Of a DNA stretch of 64,000 nt, positions 30,859 to 41,814 are shown one piece after another; the first letter of the stretch is position 1, and every line of letters begins with the position of its first letter. The position numbers were made by a program, and so were the translations under genes. This DNA comes from Chloropicon primus. Lineage: Eukaryota. The stretch spans positions 186,001 to 250,000 of the forward strand of contig CP060754.1 of the NCBI GenBank assembly GCA_023205875.1. The letters run 5' to 3'. The notes below the pieces were generated by a model that was not told the DNA's origin, searched no databases, and was given only the letters and a program-made list of their open reading frames with translations.

Positions 30859-32361
30859 CTAGGAAGAGATGGAACCGACGATGCACGTGAACGGCCTGCC
30901 GTACGTGCCCGCGTTCTCAATGATCGTGTAAATATCAACGCCAGTGCCAACCGTCACGAAGAAGATCGCGATCAGAATCATGCAGTAACAAAGCGCGCGC
31001 TCCCACAAGGGAACGACCTTCCCGTTCCTGCGGCACGCCAGCAAGTAGAACAGGGCTGGAAACCCAAACGTTGTTGGCCCGACGCACAGGGACGAGATGA
31101 TCGCTTCCATGTCGGAGAAGAAGGGGATGGCATTGGACACCAGCCAGGAGGAGAGCACGGTGCACGTGGAGATGCACAGCCACTGCAAGGCCTCCTTCTT
31201 GTTGTTCGCACTCACGTTCGAGGGGAACAACCTCACTTGGATCGCCCGAGTGAGGAGCTGCGAGTTGAGGCAGAACGAAACGAAGACGTGGAGGACCATG
31301 CACGTCGACGCGGCGGTCTGCATCGCGTTGTTCCCCATGTTGAAGATCACGTAGCCGTAACTGGTGTCGCCGTATCTGAAATACAGGCTCGTGGAGCTCC
31401 ACACGTAGATCAGAATGATCAGAGTCATGAAGACCGAAAGGGCTTTGGGAAAGTCCTTGGGATTTTTCATCTCGCTCATCGTCTCGAGGTACATTCCCTG
31501 ACCGCCGTAGGCGAAGACGAGTGAGCCCATTGCACTGAAGGCGCTGAGGAACCCGCGCGGACCCGACTCAAGCGGGAGGGCGTTGTACGTGACGCCCTCG
31601 CTCTCGCGATCGCCCCAAGTGCTGTAAGCCCTGATCAGCAGCAGCATGATCGTGGTGCTGATCATCAGGACGCTGAAGAGACCCGCGTACGAGATCTCGT
31701 GAAGCGTTCTGATCTGGCAAAGCGGCAGAAGGAACGCGAGGCTGGCCACCGTGGCGTAGTACAGGCATATTTTGTACATCCAGAGGGCGGACTGGATCGC
31801 CTTGGCTGCCGCAAGGAGGTAATTGGCCATCTTGAGGAAGAAGTGGCTGTAGACGATGACCCACGTGACCCACATCATGACCCTGCCACTCACAGAGTGA
31901 GCGAGGTTGCCAAAGGTCACCCCCGAATCGTACGTCATGTGAAGCCTCCAGAGGAGCAAGCCGGAATAGGCCGTCAAAAGGCCGAAAGAGATCAGGATGA
32001 GGAGGCCAATCGCCCAGCCCATGCGAGTAAACGTCTCTGGCAGACCCACGATTCCAGTTCCTGCGAATCAGAAGCAAAGAGATTCAAGACCAAGCGAGAG
32101 AGGGGGGTCAGGGTCCGTCGCTCGCCTCCTCCTCAGTAAGGGGTCCTTACCGATCAAGTCCGCCATGATAATAAACACGACGTTCACCCATCCCGTGATC
32201 CTCGACGGGGGTTGGAACCCGCGCCAACTGACGTAACTGACCGTGCTCAGCGTCTTGAGGTCGACAGCACTCTCATCATCCTTGGGCTGGAACTGGACGG
32301 CGTTCAGGGACGATTCCACAGGGATCGTCTCTTCGGCGGTGGAGTCCCTCTTCTTCGACAT
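30859..32361 (-). CDS. Amino acid transporter, AAAP/Aa_trans family, 2 exons
   Basis: Intron 32061-32150 gives ADLIGTGIVGLP..MGW. Motif VFAYGGQGMYLETMSEMKNPKDF; multiple TM segments. Confidence 0.92.
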
Positions 32362-32625
32362 GGTTGGTTACTTCGTACTCGCGTCGTGTTGGGAATCGGG
32401 GCGTCTGCGGCTGGTCCTTGGTCGACGGCGTCTCGAACGTAAGTAACGGTCTTTGATTGGTAACGCTCCCCCCAGCCGCCCTCCGTCACGGTTCGTTAGA
32501 AACTGTAGCAGAAAAGGGAAAATAAATCATGCAGGCGCTTCGCCGGAGACCTCCGTCCTTCTGCGTCTCCGGCGAAGGCAAATGGAGGCGGGGGCGCGTG
32601 GGGGGGGGGTGATCTCGACCGAGCG

Positions 32626-32666
32626 GCATGACCCGGAGGTCATGCGCGTGACCTGAACGTCACGCG
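32626..32666. promoter_or_regulatory. Overlapping palindromes with alternating TGAC/GTCA half-sites at 10-bp spacing
   Basis: TGAC 32629, GTCA 32639, TGAC 32649, GTCA 32659, in the divergent intergenic region. Confidence 0.5.
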
Positions 32667-32789
32667 ACACACCTGCGAGGTGTTTAGGAGCGAGGACGAA
32701 GGAGTTGACCAAAAGCACGAGAGACCTCGTCGACCAAGACGCGCGCACGAACTCGCAGCAGAAGCAACGACCTGACACGAAAGCAAGAC

Positions 32790-33230
32790 ATGTTCTCCAA
32801 GAAGATAAAGGCCCTCGCCCTCTCCGCGATGCTGGTCGGGACAGCGGCTCTCGCCCCCACCACCACTGCCACCGAAGTGGAACTCGTCGAGCCGGTCGGC
32901 AGCGACGGCCGCCAGCTCCTCCACGCGCCTCTCTGGCCCGAGAAGAAGGGCGGTGGGGTGGGCCACCACCTCGCCCAGGCCGCCGCCCTCACGGGCGCCG
33001 TCGTCGGAGCGGCGGGCCTCGCGACCGAAGCGTATGGCCTCTCAACAGGAGACAAGAATGCGCAAGCCATTGGTGCGGCAGAGCTCGGAGGAGGTGCCGC
33101 CGTCGGGGTGGGGGGCGGGCTTGGTGCCGTCGCCTCCAGGTGCCACTACAATACGGCTCTTGGCCGCGTCCCGTGCGATCTCAAACACCTGCCAAGAAGA
33201 CCCTTCAACGGCCTCCCACAACAGGGTTGA
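32790..33230 (+). CDS. Small secreted protein with Gly/Ala-rich hydrophobic (glycine-zipper-like) segments
   Basis: Signal peptide MFSKKIKALALSAMLVGTAALA; GRQLL; GxxxG repeats; ends PQQG*. Confidence 0.75.
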   Translation: MFSKKIKALALSAMLVGTAALAPTTTATEVELVEPVGSDGRQLLHAPLWPEKKGGGVGHHLAQAAALTGAVVGAAGLATEAYGLSTGDKNAQAIGAAELGGGAAVGVGGGLGAVASRCHYNTALGRVPCDLKHLPRRPFNGLPQQG

Positions 33231-33662
33231 GAGGAGCCGAGAGCAAGAAGCGGGTGTGGATGGAGGCGTCCACCTTGGCGAAGCAAGGGGAGGCGAGGGT
33301 CGATGTCAGTGACCACGTCACCCGAGTAAAGTGAGAAGCTAACCAACGCTTCACAATTACTATTATTTATTGTATTCCAAGCCGCCCTTTACACACAATC
33401 AATCAATCAAAAAAGCAAACAACGACGACCAGGCTTGAGAGGACAAGTCCAGACCCTTGGGAGACCAAGCCCCCCCCAAACCTCCGAGTAACGTCTAGTA
33501 ACGGAAAAAGGGGTTCATGATTGCCCCCCCCGGAGATGGAGATGCGCGAGCGAGCGAGACGAGCGAAGGGCTGCTGCTCGAAACCAAACCAGAAGACGGG
33601 ACCCTCTTGTCCCCAGAAACTGAAGCCCCCTGTCGGCCAAGGCATAAGACGGATTTGCGGTG

Positions 33663-34142
33663 ATGACCATGTCGAGAAAGAAGATCGGTTCCTCCCTCCT
33701 CGTCCTCCTGGTTTTGGGGATGGCCTTGAGCACCGCGGACGCGACGGGTGCACGGCTTGATCTAGGCAGCAGAAGGAGACAGCTGCAGAGGACGGTGTAC
33801 TACGGCCTCAAGGACCAGCTTCGCGACGTCGACAAGAAGATCGCCGACACCCAGAAGCTCATGGGGAAAGTCGAGGACGGCCACTTGTTGGTGGATCCGT
33901 CTACCAAGGAGGGAGCAAAGGAGCATCAGCACGTTTACAGGCAGCTCCAGTACCTGCAGAAGGCCCGGAGAGAGATTCAGAGGCGGATTCAGTACGAGGA
34001 GAACCTGAAGAGAAAGTGTGCGGAGCAGCAGCGCAAGATCCAACAGCACCAGTTCCATCAGCAGGGTTCCTCAGCCAGCGCTGTTCATTCTGCCATGCAA
34101 CTGTCGCCTGAATGCAGCAAGGTGGGGTACACCAGCGGTTGA
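33663..34142 (+). CDS. Small secreted coiled-coil protein
   Basis: Signal peptide (IGSSLLVLLVLGMALSTADA); RRRQLQ; heptad-rich helices; ends GYTSG*. Start at 33663 or 33669. Confidence 0.75.
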   Translation: MTMSRKKIGSSLLVLLVLGMALSTADATGARLDLGSRRRQLQRTVYYGLKDQLRDVDKKIADTQKLMGKVEDGHLLVDPSTKEGAKEHQHVYRQLQYLQKARREIQRRIQYEENLKRKCAEQQRKIQQHQFHQQGSSASAVHSAMQLSPECSKVGYTSG

Positions 34143-34241
34143 GACGCCGCGCCGGGGGACCTCAGCGGAGTTGATATAAAGTCAATATAACTAAAGATAC
34201 AAATAGAGTTTTTTTATTAACATGCCGATTTGGTCGCATCA

Positions 34242-35966
34242 TCACTCATCCCTGTCTCCGGTCTCGATCGAGGAGAGCAAGTCACCGTCTTCGCCATCGT
34301 CCTCTGCCTTCTTAGTGAGCTCGAAGAACTCGACCTCGAGAGTACGGAGCTTCTCTTCCATCTCGTCGTTCTTCTCTGGCTGCTCGTCCTGGACCTTCCT
34401 CGCTTCTTTCCTCGCCTTCATCCTGGCCTCCTTCTCGAGCTGGTCCAAGTTTCTCTCCCTCTTCGTCTCCCTTTCCAGAAGCTGGTTGATGGACTGCTTC
34501 TCGTTGGACTGGATCTCCGCCAAGCCGTCGCTGACTTCAATGATGGAGACGTTTCCGTCCTTGGAACCGCAGGCCACGAGCCTGCCTTGCTGCTGCACCT
34601 GCAAGGAGCTCAGAGAGCTCGAAGAGACGTTGATGCTCAAGACAGGGTCGTTCTGCTTGTAGAACATGTCCCACACGTCGAGCACACCGTCAGTTCTCGC
34701 CGTGAAGAAGACTCCAGGTCGAGTTGGCGACCACTTGCCTGTGACCAGACTGACGTTGTAGTACTTTGTGGTGATGATAGGCGTCTTCAGGTCATCGATC
34801 CAGATTCTGGACGTCCAGTCACCAATCGTCATGAAGTACTTTCCGAAGAAAGGATGCCTCTCCAGTCCATAAATAGGGGCGTGGTGCCCCGGGTAAAGAT
34901 TTCCAACGATGTCCGCTGGGTTCTTGGCGCCCTTGTTGCAAGCCAGCGCATTTCCCGTTTCAGTTCCGACAGTGAACTTGCTAGGGCCCGCCTGGGGATC
35001 GTAGTTGAGCGTCGTCGCTCCGTGAACGTTTCCTCCCGATTTGTCCTTGAGCAGCACCTTTTGGATAGGCTCCCCGAGGCGGCGAATGTCCCAAAACAGA
35101 GCGTAGCCGTCCGTCGACACGGAGAGGCACTCCGTCCCAGTCTTGCTCCTCAGCCAGGCTACATCCCACACCGGGTCTTTGTGACTGTTCTCCACGAGAG
35201 ACACCTCCACGGCTTGGTGCCCCTTCCTCGTGTCCCAGTAGGCAACCTGCCCATTGAATTGACCTCCGAGGAGGATGTTTGGATCCTTCGGGCTGTACTT
35301 CAAGGAGCACAGCTGCGACACTGTCATGATCTCAAAGTCCGGCACTCCCGGCTTGGACAGGTCCCAGATGTAACTGCTCAGGGGCATGTCCTCGGGCTGC
35401 TGCTGGAAGTCAAGGATGCTGTACGCCACAGCAAGTTTCCTGGCACCATCTGGGTACCAGCTCACGTAAGAAGCGGAGCGCTTGCAGTCGGGGTGAGGGT
35501 CCTTCAAGATGGTCAAGACCTTCGAGCTCGGGGGCTCGCTCGAGTGATCCACGACAACGCCCGAGAAGTACTCCTCGTAGATATCGATCGCGTTATTCTG
35601 TTTGATCAAGTCCTCCAGCTGGCCGCCCAACTTTTCCACGTTCTCTTGGAACTCCTCGCTCCTCTCGGTCTTCTTCCTGTAACGAATAACGTGCTCCGGC
35701 ATCTCTGGATCGATGTCCTTCGGCCAGCCTCCCTCCGTGTGGGACATGCCCCGGGGCACAGAAACGGTCGGGGATGTGTTCACAGCAGAGTCTGTCACGT
35801 CAGGGTGCACTTGGGTCACCGTCACGCAAGGGTCACGTTCAAAGTGCGCAGCTGCCTTCGACTCGTCCGGTATGAAGTTCGCAACCACCGACGCCTCCCC
35901 GTCTTTGAAGTTCGGCTGCCTTCCATACTCGCTCCTCTTCTTCGTGTACGTGTATACTATCTCCAT
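34242..35966 (-). CDS. DNAI2: Outer-arm dynein intermediate chain 2 (IC2/ODA6), WD40
   Basis: MEIVYTYTKKRSEYGRQPNF, GMSHTEGGWPKDID, KQNNAIDIYEEYF, WD repeats and WSPTRPGVF. Confidence 0.95.
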   Translation of the reverse strand: MEIVYTYTKKRSEYGRQPNFKDGEASVVANFIPDESKAAAHFERDPCVTVTQVHPDVTDSAVNTSPTVSVPRGMSHTEGGWPKDIDPEMPEHVIRYRKKTERSEEFQENVEKLGGQLEDLIKQNNAIDIYEEYFSGVVVDHSSEPPSSKVLTILKDPHPDCKRSASYVSWYPDGARKLAVAYSILDFQQQPEDMPLSSYIWDLSKPGVPDFEIMTVSQLCSLKYSPKDPNILLGGQFNGQVAYWDTRKGHQAVEVSLVENSHKDPVWDVAWLRSKTGTECLSVSTDGYALFWDIRRLGEPIQKVLLKDKSGGNVHGATTLNYDPQAGPSKFTVGTETGNALACNKGAKNPADIVGNLYPGHHAPIYGLERHPFFGKYFMTIGDWTSRIWIDDLKTPIITTKYYNVSLVTGKWSPTRPGVFFTARTDGVLDVWDMFYKQNDPVLSINVSSSSLSSLQVQQQGRLVACGSKDGNVSIIEVSDGLAEIQSNEKQSINQLLERETKRERNLDQLEKEARMKARKEARKVQDEQPEKNDEMEEKLRTLEVEFFELTKKAEDDGEDGDLLSSIETGDRDE

Positions 35967-36605
35967 CTTGCCCTACTTGGCCGAACTCCGCCTTCAACGC
36001 TCTCTCACTGTCACACTTGGCCACACCAACGCAGAACAACTCAAAAGATACCGACCTTGCTATTCTATTGGCCAAGGATCATGCGAATTGGTCCAAGACG
36101 GTCTTCTGATTCTTCCTTGGAGAAGTCCGGAGTGTGCTTGCGTCTCCCCCGCACGGGTCCTCTCGACTGGTCACGACCACAAGCTCACCCCTTGGGCCTG
36201 GCTTGCACACCACTCTCCTCCGTCTTTGTCTTTCCTCCCAGCACCTTGGAGTGCACCTTGCCTCTCCTCCGAGGTCAAAGCCAAGTCCTTAACATGGAAA
36301 TAACAAATGGTTTCGAACGAGGCACAGCACGGACTTTTGAATAAAGAACAGAGAGAGAGAGATGATGGAAATAGAACAAAGGCCAGGACTCCTTTTTTTT
36401 TTGCGGGAGAGGAAACGAAACGAGGGAGGCTGCTCTCCCTCCTCCTCCTTGCTTGCTTCAGGCCCAGCCCCTCAGAGAATGTGTCACCCCAGTCCAAGAG
36501 ATGGATGGGCTCGGTGGCGATTGGGAGCCAAGAATGGAACAAGGGGAGAGGAATGAATTAAATTAGATCGCATCAGTTCAGCAAAGAGTCTCTTCCTCAT
36601 CGCGT

Positions 36606-37739
36606 TCACAGCTTGCTTCTCCAGCTGAGGTTCCAGTGCATGTACCTCGGGAGACTGGGTCCGCCAGCGACGTCTTCTCTGATGAAAGTCAGCAGCCTCT
36701 CTGCGACAAATTCGGGCTGCTCAAACGGTCCGAAGTGGCCGAGGTCCCCATATCTCTCAAGCCTCCCTCTCCGGAACTTGCCAGCGAACAAGTCTGCATT
36801 TTGCGACACGACGTTCTCGGCACCGACGTTGCTGCCGCAAGCCAGCACGACCGGGCATGTTATGTCCTTCAGCTCTTCGTTGATTCCCCTCTTGAACGTC
36901 TCGAAACCGGCAAGGTACGTTCTCGCCTCGACCTCGGGGGCGCACTTGAGCTCCACCCCTCCGTTTCCCCTGGCGCGGAAGCCGTCCCACACGTAGTCCC
37001 TCAGGCACTGCGTGTCGAGCAGCTTCGTGGGTCTTTTCGTCCTGAAGTTCTCGAACGCCTCCTGGTGCGATGCAAAAGTGCTCTTGCGCCCCCTCGCCTT
37101 GACCGAGAAGAACTGAGAGTACTTGAGTCCATTGACATCCGCAAAGAGAACAGGCTCGAAGCACCAAACACCTCGGAAGATGCCTGGATTCTCGATCTCG
37201 GCAATCAAACCAACCACCGCCCCCAGCGAGTGACCCAGGACCACAGCCTTCCCCTCCACGTTCTCAGACTTGACGATTTCCACAAGGTCCCTCGCCATTT
37301 GATACCAAGTGAAGCTGCACGGCCCAGTTCGGTCGAGAAGACAGTCGGTGACAGAATAATTTTGTGGGTCAGTGAACTTGATGATCAAGAGGCGCGTGGA
37401 TAACAACGATGCATCCGCTCACGGTACCTCGATTCGTCCCCCGCCGCGGTGTCCCCGTGCCCCCGAAAGTCCGGGGCAAGGACGCGAACCTCTCCCTCGA
37501 ACTTGTCCCTCAACGCCGTAGCGATCCTCCTGTACACCCGCCCGTGGAAACCAGCACAGTGAAGCATCAACACGGTCTGCAAAGCCATTGGTGTTCGACC
37601 GAGTTCGTCCATTGGTTGGGCGAGGCAAGTCAGTCCGCGGATCCATCGGTTCAGCATACGACGACGAGACAATCTCACTCACCAGAACCTCCCCCTCATT
37701 CCCTCTCCGAGGGGCGCACAGTTCGTGCACCTCCATCAT
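36606..37739 (-). CDS. Alpha/beta hydrolase fold protein, 3 exons
   Basis: Introns 37577-37682 and 37315-37427. LHCAGFHG, APDFRGHG, nucleophile elbow GHSLG and GHFGPFEQP; ends SKL (PTS1-like). Confidence 0.87.
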
Positions 37740-37852
37740 CGTCTCCGTCTCTCTGGCGCCCCGAGAGAGCGAGAGCGAGAACTGAGAGAGCGAGAGCGAC
37801 ACCTGGTGGTCGAGGAGAACAAGAGGGTGGGTCCCAATCGCGAGGGTGGGTG

Positions 37853-40801
37853 ATGGTAAAGAGCAGGTTTACGACGTCCGACGTGGCGGCTCAGGTGGCC
37901 TGCCTGAAGCGGATCGAAGGTTTTCGGATAACAAACGTGTACGATGTCAACTCCAAAGTGTATCTTTTCAAGCTGCACAGGAGCGGCGGGATGGACGGGG
38001 AAACGCAGAAGGAGTTGCTCGTTCTCGAGAGCGGAACTCGGTTTCATCTATCGAAGTACACGCGGGACAAGAGCAACAGCCCTTCCAACTTTTGCCTCAA
38101 GCTGAGGAAGCACATACGATCGAAAAGGATCGAAAAGGTGGAGCAGCTGGGCATCGATAGGATCGTGGATTTCACCATTGGCAGTGGGCCAGCGAAGCAC
38201 CACCTGATCCTGGAGCTCTATTCCCAGGGGAACGTCATCCTGACGGATGGCGACTACAAGGTCCTGACGCTCCTTAGGTCGCATCGTGACGACGCGAACG
38301 AGTTTGCCATCATGGCAAACCACCCTTATCCGATCGACAGATCGAGGACTGCGACTTCTCTCTCGGCGGAGGAGCTGTCTGAGCTCCTGAGAGGCAACGA
38401 GGGAGGCAGCCTGAGGAGTGTGGTCGGAAAGTCCGTTCCTTACGGGAATCAGATCGTGGAGCACTGCCTCCTCCTCGCCAATATAGATCCAAAGGTCAAG
38501 GTGGAGCCGGGGTTCAGCCAGGACAAGCTGCAAGCGCTGGTGTCGAAGATCAACGAAGTCCAGTCTCTCTTGGAGTTTACGGGCTCAGATCTGCCGAAAG
38601 GCTACATCTTCCTCAAGGAAACAGCGTCATCGAGTGGCAACGGGGAGGACGGCGGGGGCAGGCCGACGGTTTATGACATCTTCGAGCCCTTCCTTACAAA
38701 GCAGATGGAAGAGAAGCCTCGCCAAACCTACGAGACTTTCAACGAGGCTGTGGACGAATTTTATTCCAGCATAGAATGCCAAAAGAAGGAGCTCGTGAAG
38801 CACCAGGAGAAGAAGAGTATATCGTCCAAGCTCGACAAGATAAAGCTGGACCAAGAGAGCAGAATCAATAGCCTGAGGAATCAGGCGCTCAGCACCAACA
38901 AGAAAGCGCAGCTTATAGAGTATAACCTGGCTAGCGTGGACGCGGCCATCAATGCCGTGAACGAGGCGATTGCATCTGGGTTCGACTGGAAGGAGTTGGA
39001 CCAGATGATCAAATCGGAGCAAGAAGCGGGAAACCCCGTGGCACAATTGGTGTGCTCCCTTCAGCTGGAGAGGAATTCCATCACGCTCCAGCTGCAGAAC
39101 AATCTGGACGACCTGGACGACCTGGACGAAGGAGAGGGCAAAAAGCTTCTGAAGGTTCAAGTCGACTTGGGGATGACGGCCCACGCCAACGCCTGCGCCC
39201 TGTACCAGCAGAGGAAGAAGCACGAGAAGAAGGAGAACAAGACGGTCGAGGCCAGCCAGAGGGTGCTCAAGACCGCTGAAAAGCAAGCCAATTCAGAGAT
39301 AAAGAAGTTGAAAGTGACTGCGTCGGGATTCAAAATTGCAAGGAAGCAATTCTGGTTCGAGAAGTTCGACTGGTTCGTGTCCTCGGAGAATTACCTCGTA
39401 GTGAGCGGCAGGGATGCGCAGCAAAATGAGATGATCGTAAAGAGGTACCTGACAAAGCATGATGTCTACGTCCACGCGGATATTCATGGAGCGGCTTCTT
39501 GCATCGTTAGAAATAGGGTGGATGGAGGTGCAATCCCTCCAACGACCCTTCTCGAGGCCGGATCCTTTTGTGTCTGTCACAGCCAGGCCTGGAACTCAAA
39601 GTTCACTACTGGTTCTTGGTGGGTCTACAGTGACCAAGTTTCAAAAACGGCTCCAACGGGAGAATACCTGCAGACCGGTTCGTTCATGATCCGTGGCAAG
39701 AAGAACTTTCTTCAGCCCACGCAGCTGCTGATGGGTTACACCATGCTTTTCAAGCTCGACGAAGACAGCGTAGAGTCTCACTTGGGTGAAAGGGCAAGCA
39801 AGCAGGAGGAGAACGCCGATGATGTGGGCAATCGTGTCGAAGAGGTCCAGGAGCAGGATGCCGAGGAAATACTGGAAGAGGGCGGCGAATGCGAGAACGA
39901 GGACGACAACCTGTTCTCCGTCATGGACACTTCAGTGGCCCTTAACGTCTCTGGTGAGGAAGAGTACGAGCAGATTGGAGTCGTTTCCAACAGCAAGTCA
40001 GGTTACACGATGGCAAAGGAGAGGCAGAAAATGAAGGAGGCCCAGCAGAGGAGCCAAGGTGGGAACAAACAGACTAACGAGGGAGCCCCAAAGAAGAGCG
40101 TGAGGGGGAAGCATGGCAAGAAGAAGAAGATGAAGAAGTACGCGGACCAAGATGACGAGGACAGGGAATTAGCAATGCTGCTGCTCGGAAATCCTGGGGG
40201 CAAGAAAAAGAATGCAAAGGAGGAAAAGGAAAGTGCGACAGGTGGCAATGGGCGAACGCAGGAGGACTCCAGCACCAAGGCGGGGCCAGTTGCCGAGAGC
40301 GAGCCCAAGGACGTGTCCGATGAAAATGTGTCAGGAAAGGGGGACAAAGTTGATCCGAGTGGCGCCGGCCGCCAGAGTGCGGAATCCTCCGTCGTCGTTC
40401 AGCAATACACTCACGATGGCGATGTTGACATACTCAACTCGCTGACGGGCCTGCCCAGGGAAGATGACATCATGCTGTTCTGCGTGCCTATGTGCGCCCC
40501 TTACTCTGCCATCATGAACTACAAGTACAAGGTGAAGGTGCAACCTGGAAATTTGAGGAAGGGCAAAGCTGCCAAGGCCGCCTTTGAGATGTTGGTCAAG
40601 ACTCACGAGCCTCCTCAACGTGAGTACGAGCTTCTGAAATCGATTCCGGAGCAAGAGCTTGTGGCAGCCATGGTGGGGAACTCCAAGCCCTCGGTGTCCT
40701 TCAGGAGGGGCGCGGTGAAGGGGCTCTCGAAAGCGACGCAGGGCGGCAAGAAGAAAGGCAAGGGCGGCAAGGGGGGCAAGGGGGGGAAGAAGAAGAAATA
40801 A
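37853..40801 (+). CDS. NEMF: Ribosome quality control factor NEMF/Rqc2
   Basis: MVKSRFTTSDV, NVYDV, LRKHIRSKR, LILELYSQGN, WFEKFDWF, GRDAQQNE, SKTAPTGEYL and CAPY..YKYKVK. Confidence 0.96.
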   Translation: MVKSRFTTSDVAAQVACLKRIEGFRITNVYDVNSKVYLFKLHRSGGMDGETQKELLVLESGTRFHLSKYTRDKSNSPSNFCLKLRKHIRSKRIEKVEQLGIDRIVDFTIGSGPAKHHLILELYSQGNVILTDGDYKVLTLLRSHRDDANEFAIMANHPYPIDRSRTATSLSAEELSELLRGNEGGSLRSVVGKSVPYGNQIVEHCLLLANIDPKVKVEPGFSQDKLQALVSKINEVQSLLEFTGSDLPKGYIFLKETASSSGNGEDGGGRPTVYDIFEPFLTKQMEEKPRQTYETFNEAVDEFYSSIECQKKELVKHQEKKSISSKLDKIKLDQESRINSLRNQALSTNKKAQLIEYNLASVDAAINAVNEAIASGFDWKELDQMIKSEQEAGNPVAQLVCSLQLERNSITLQLQNNLDDLDDLDEGEGKKLLKVQVDLGMTAHANACALYQQRKKHEKKENKTVEASQRVLKTAEKQANSEIKKLKVTASGFKIARKQFWFEKFDWFVSSENYLVVSGRDAQQNEMIVKRYLTKHDVYVHADIHGAASCIVRNRVDGGAIPPTTLLEAGSFCVCHSQAWNSKFTTGSWWVYSDQVSKTAPTGEYLQTGSFMIRGKKNFLQPTQLLMGYTMLFKLDEDSVESHLGERASKQEENADDVGNRVEEVQEQDAEEILEEGGECENEDDNLFSVMDTSVALNVSGEEEYEQIGVVSNSKSGYTMAKERQKMKEAQQRSQGGNKQTNEGAPKKSVRGKHGKKKKMKKYADQDDEDRELAMLLLGNPGGKKKNAKEEKESATGGNGRTQEDSSTKAGPVAESEPKDVSDENVSGKGDKVDPSGAGRQSAESSVVVQQYTHDGDVDILNSLTGLPREDDIMLFCVPMCAPYSAIMNYKYKVKVQPGNLRKGKAAKAAFEMLVKTHEPPQREYELLKSIPEQELVAAMVGNSKPSVSFRRGAVKGLSKATQGGKKKGKGGKGGKGGKKKK

Positions 40802-40869
40802 TCGATCGAGAAAAAAACTTGTGACAGCACACATATTCTACACCTCTCGTTTCACCTCTTGCAGTTTTG

Positions 40870-41612
40870 CTATTTCCGAAGTGGCCTCATCCCCAGGGAC
40901 TGTCTCTGCTGGTTGATTTCGGAGAGGAGGTCGTTGTCAGCAGTTATCAGCCGCGACAGGGCACCGGTGCTGAGGTTCAGGCACCTCGCTGTATCGGCCA
41001 GCGAAAGGTTGTTCGCAACGAGAAGGTCCATGAGAACTTGGACCCCTCTCGGGTACTCCCGATGTTTCTGCCCATAACGCATGCTTTTCTTCCTCGTCGG
41101 CAGGATCGCGGCGAGCTCCGCCGGGACCTGGAAGCCCTCCTCCAGATCGAGATCAGTCTTTCTCCGAACCTTCAAGGCAATCTTGCTCCTCAGTCGTTTG
41201 ACCGCCTCCCTCCTGTTCTCGTGCTGGCTTCGCTTCTCCGTGGCAGACGCCACGATGTCAGTTGGTGTGTGCTTCACTCGCACAGCAGATTCCACTGTTG
41301 TTTGTTTTTGAAAAGATCGCGCGTCAGCGACATATTCGTGCGTGTGTCCGAGCACCAGCAAGCGGTGAAAAAAGCCTTACCCTTGTTCCTGTGCTGGCCA
41401 CCCGGCCCGGAGGCCCTGAACGTCTCCATCTGACACTGCTGCCACAGCTGCTCGTCGTCCAGCGCCAGGTAGTCTGGAAGCTGGGACCTGCATCGCACGA
41501 GGCGATGACAAGGCGAGGGTCCGAGGCCCCCACCTCGCCTACTACCCCCCGCTCTTGCCCCTCCAAGGCCCCGAAGCTGCCTCGCGACAGTCGTCCCCGC
41601 CATCGCAAGCAT
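40870..41612 (-). CDS. Organellar class I release-factor-like GGQ protein, 2 exons
   Basis: Intron 41295-41380 gives FRASGPGGQHRNK|VESAVRVKHTPT; RSQHENR; transit-like N-terminus. Confidence 0.88.
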
Positions 41613-41725
41613 CGTCCCCGCCCCGCGCTGGAGGAGGCGTTGGGCCGCGGACGAATTCGCAATGATGGCGGAGAGGGAACCGACAGAGACACACACAGAG
41701 AGACCCTCGCAGAGAGACAGAGAGG

Positions 41726-41726
<1 letters not shown>

Positions 41727-41768
<42 letters not shown>
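41727..41768. repeat. (AC)n microsatellite
   Basis: Direct reading. Confidence 0.9.
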
Positions 41769-41772
<4 letters not shown>

Positions 41773-41814
41773 GCACGCAATGGAAACAAAGGTACAAATA
41801 GTGTGACAGATATA

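Noticed and set aside
36000..36600. Possible small gene or in-frame TGA (MLRTWL*PRRRGK) upstream of IC2
   Set aside because: No selenoprotein motif or SECIS recognised; more simply a 5' leader or intergenic DNA.
37409..37852. N-terminal extensions of listed ORFs (NEMF, kelch, RsfS, HDAC, DNAAF5)
   Set aside because: They run through UTRs or divergent genes; conserved or plausible starts lie downstream.
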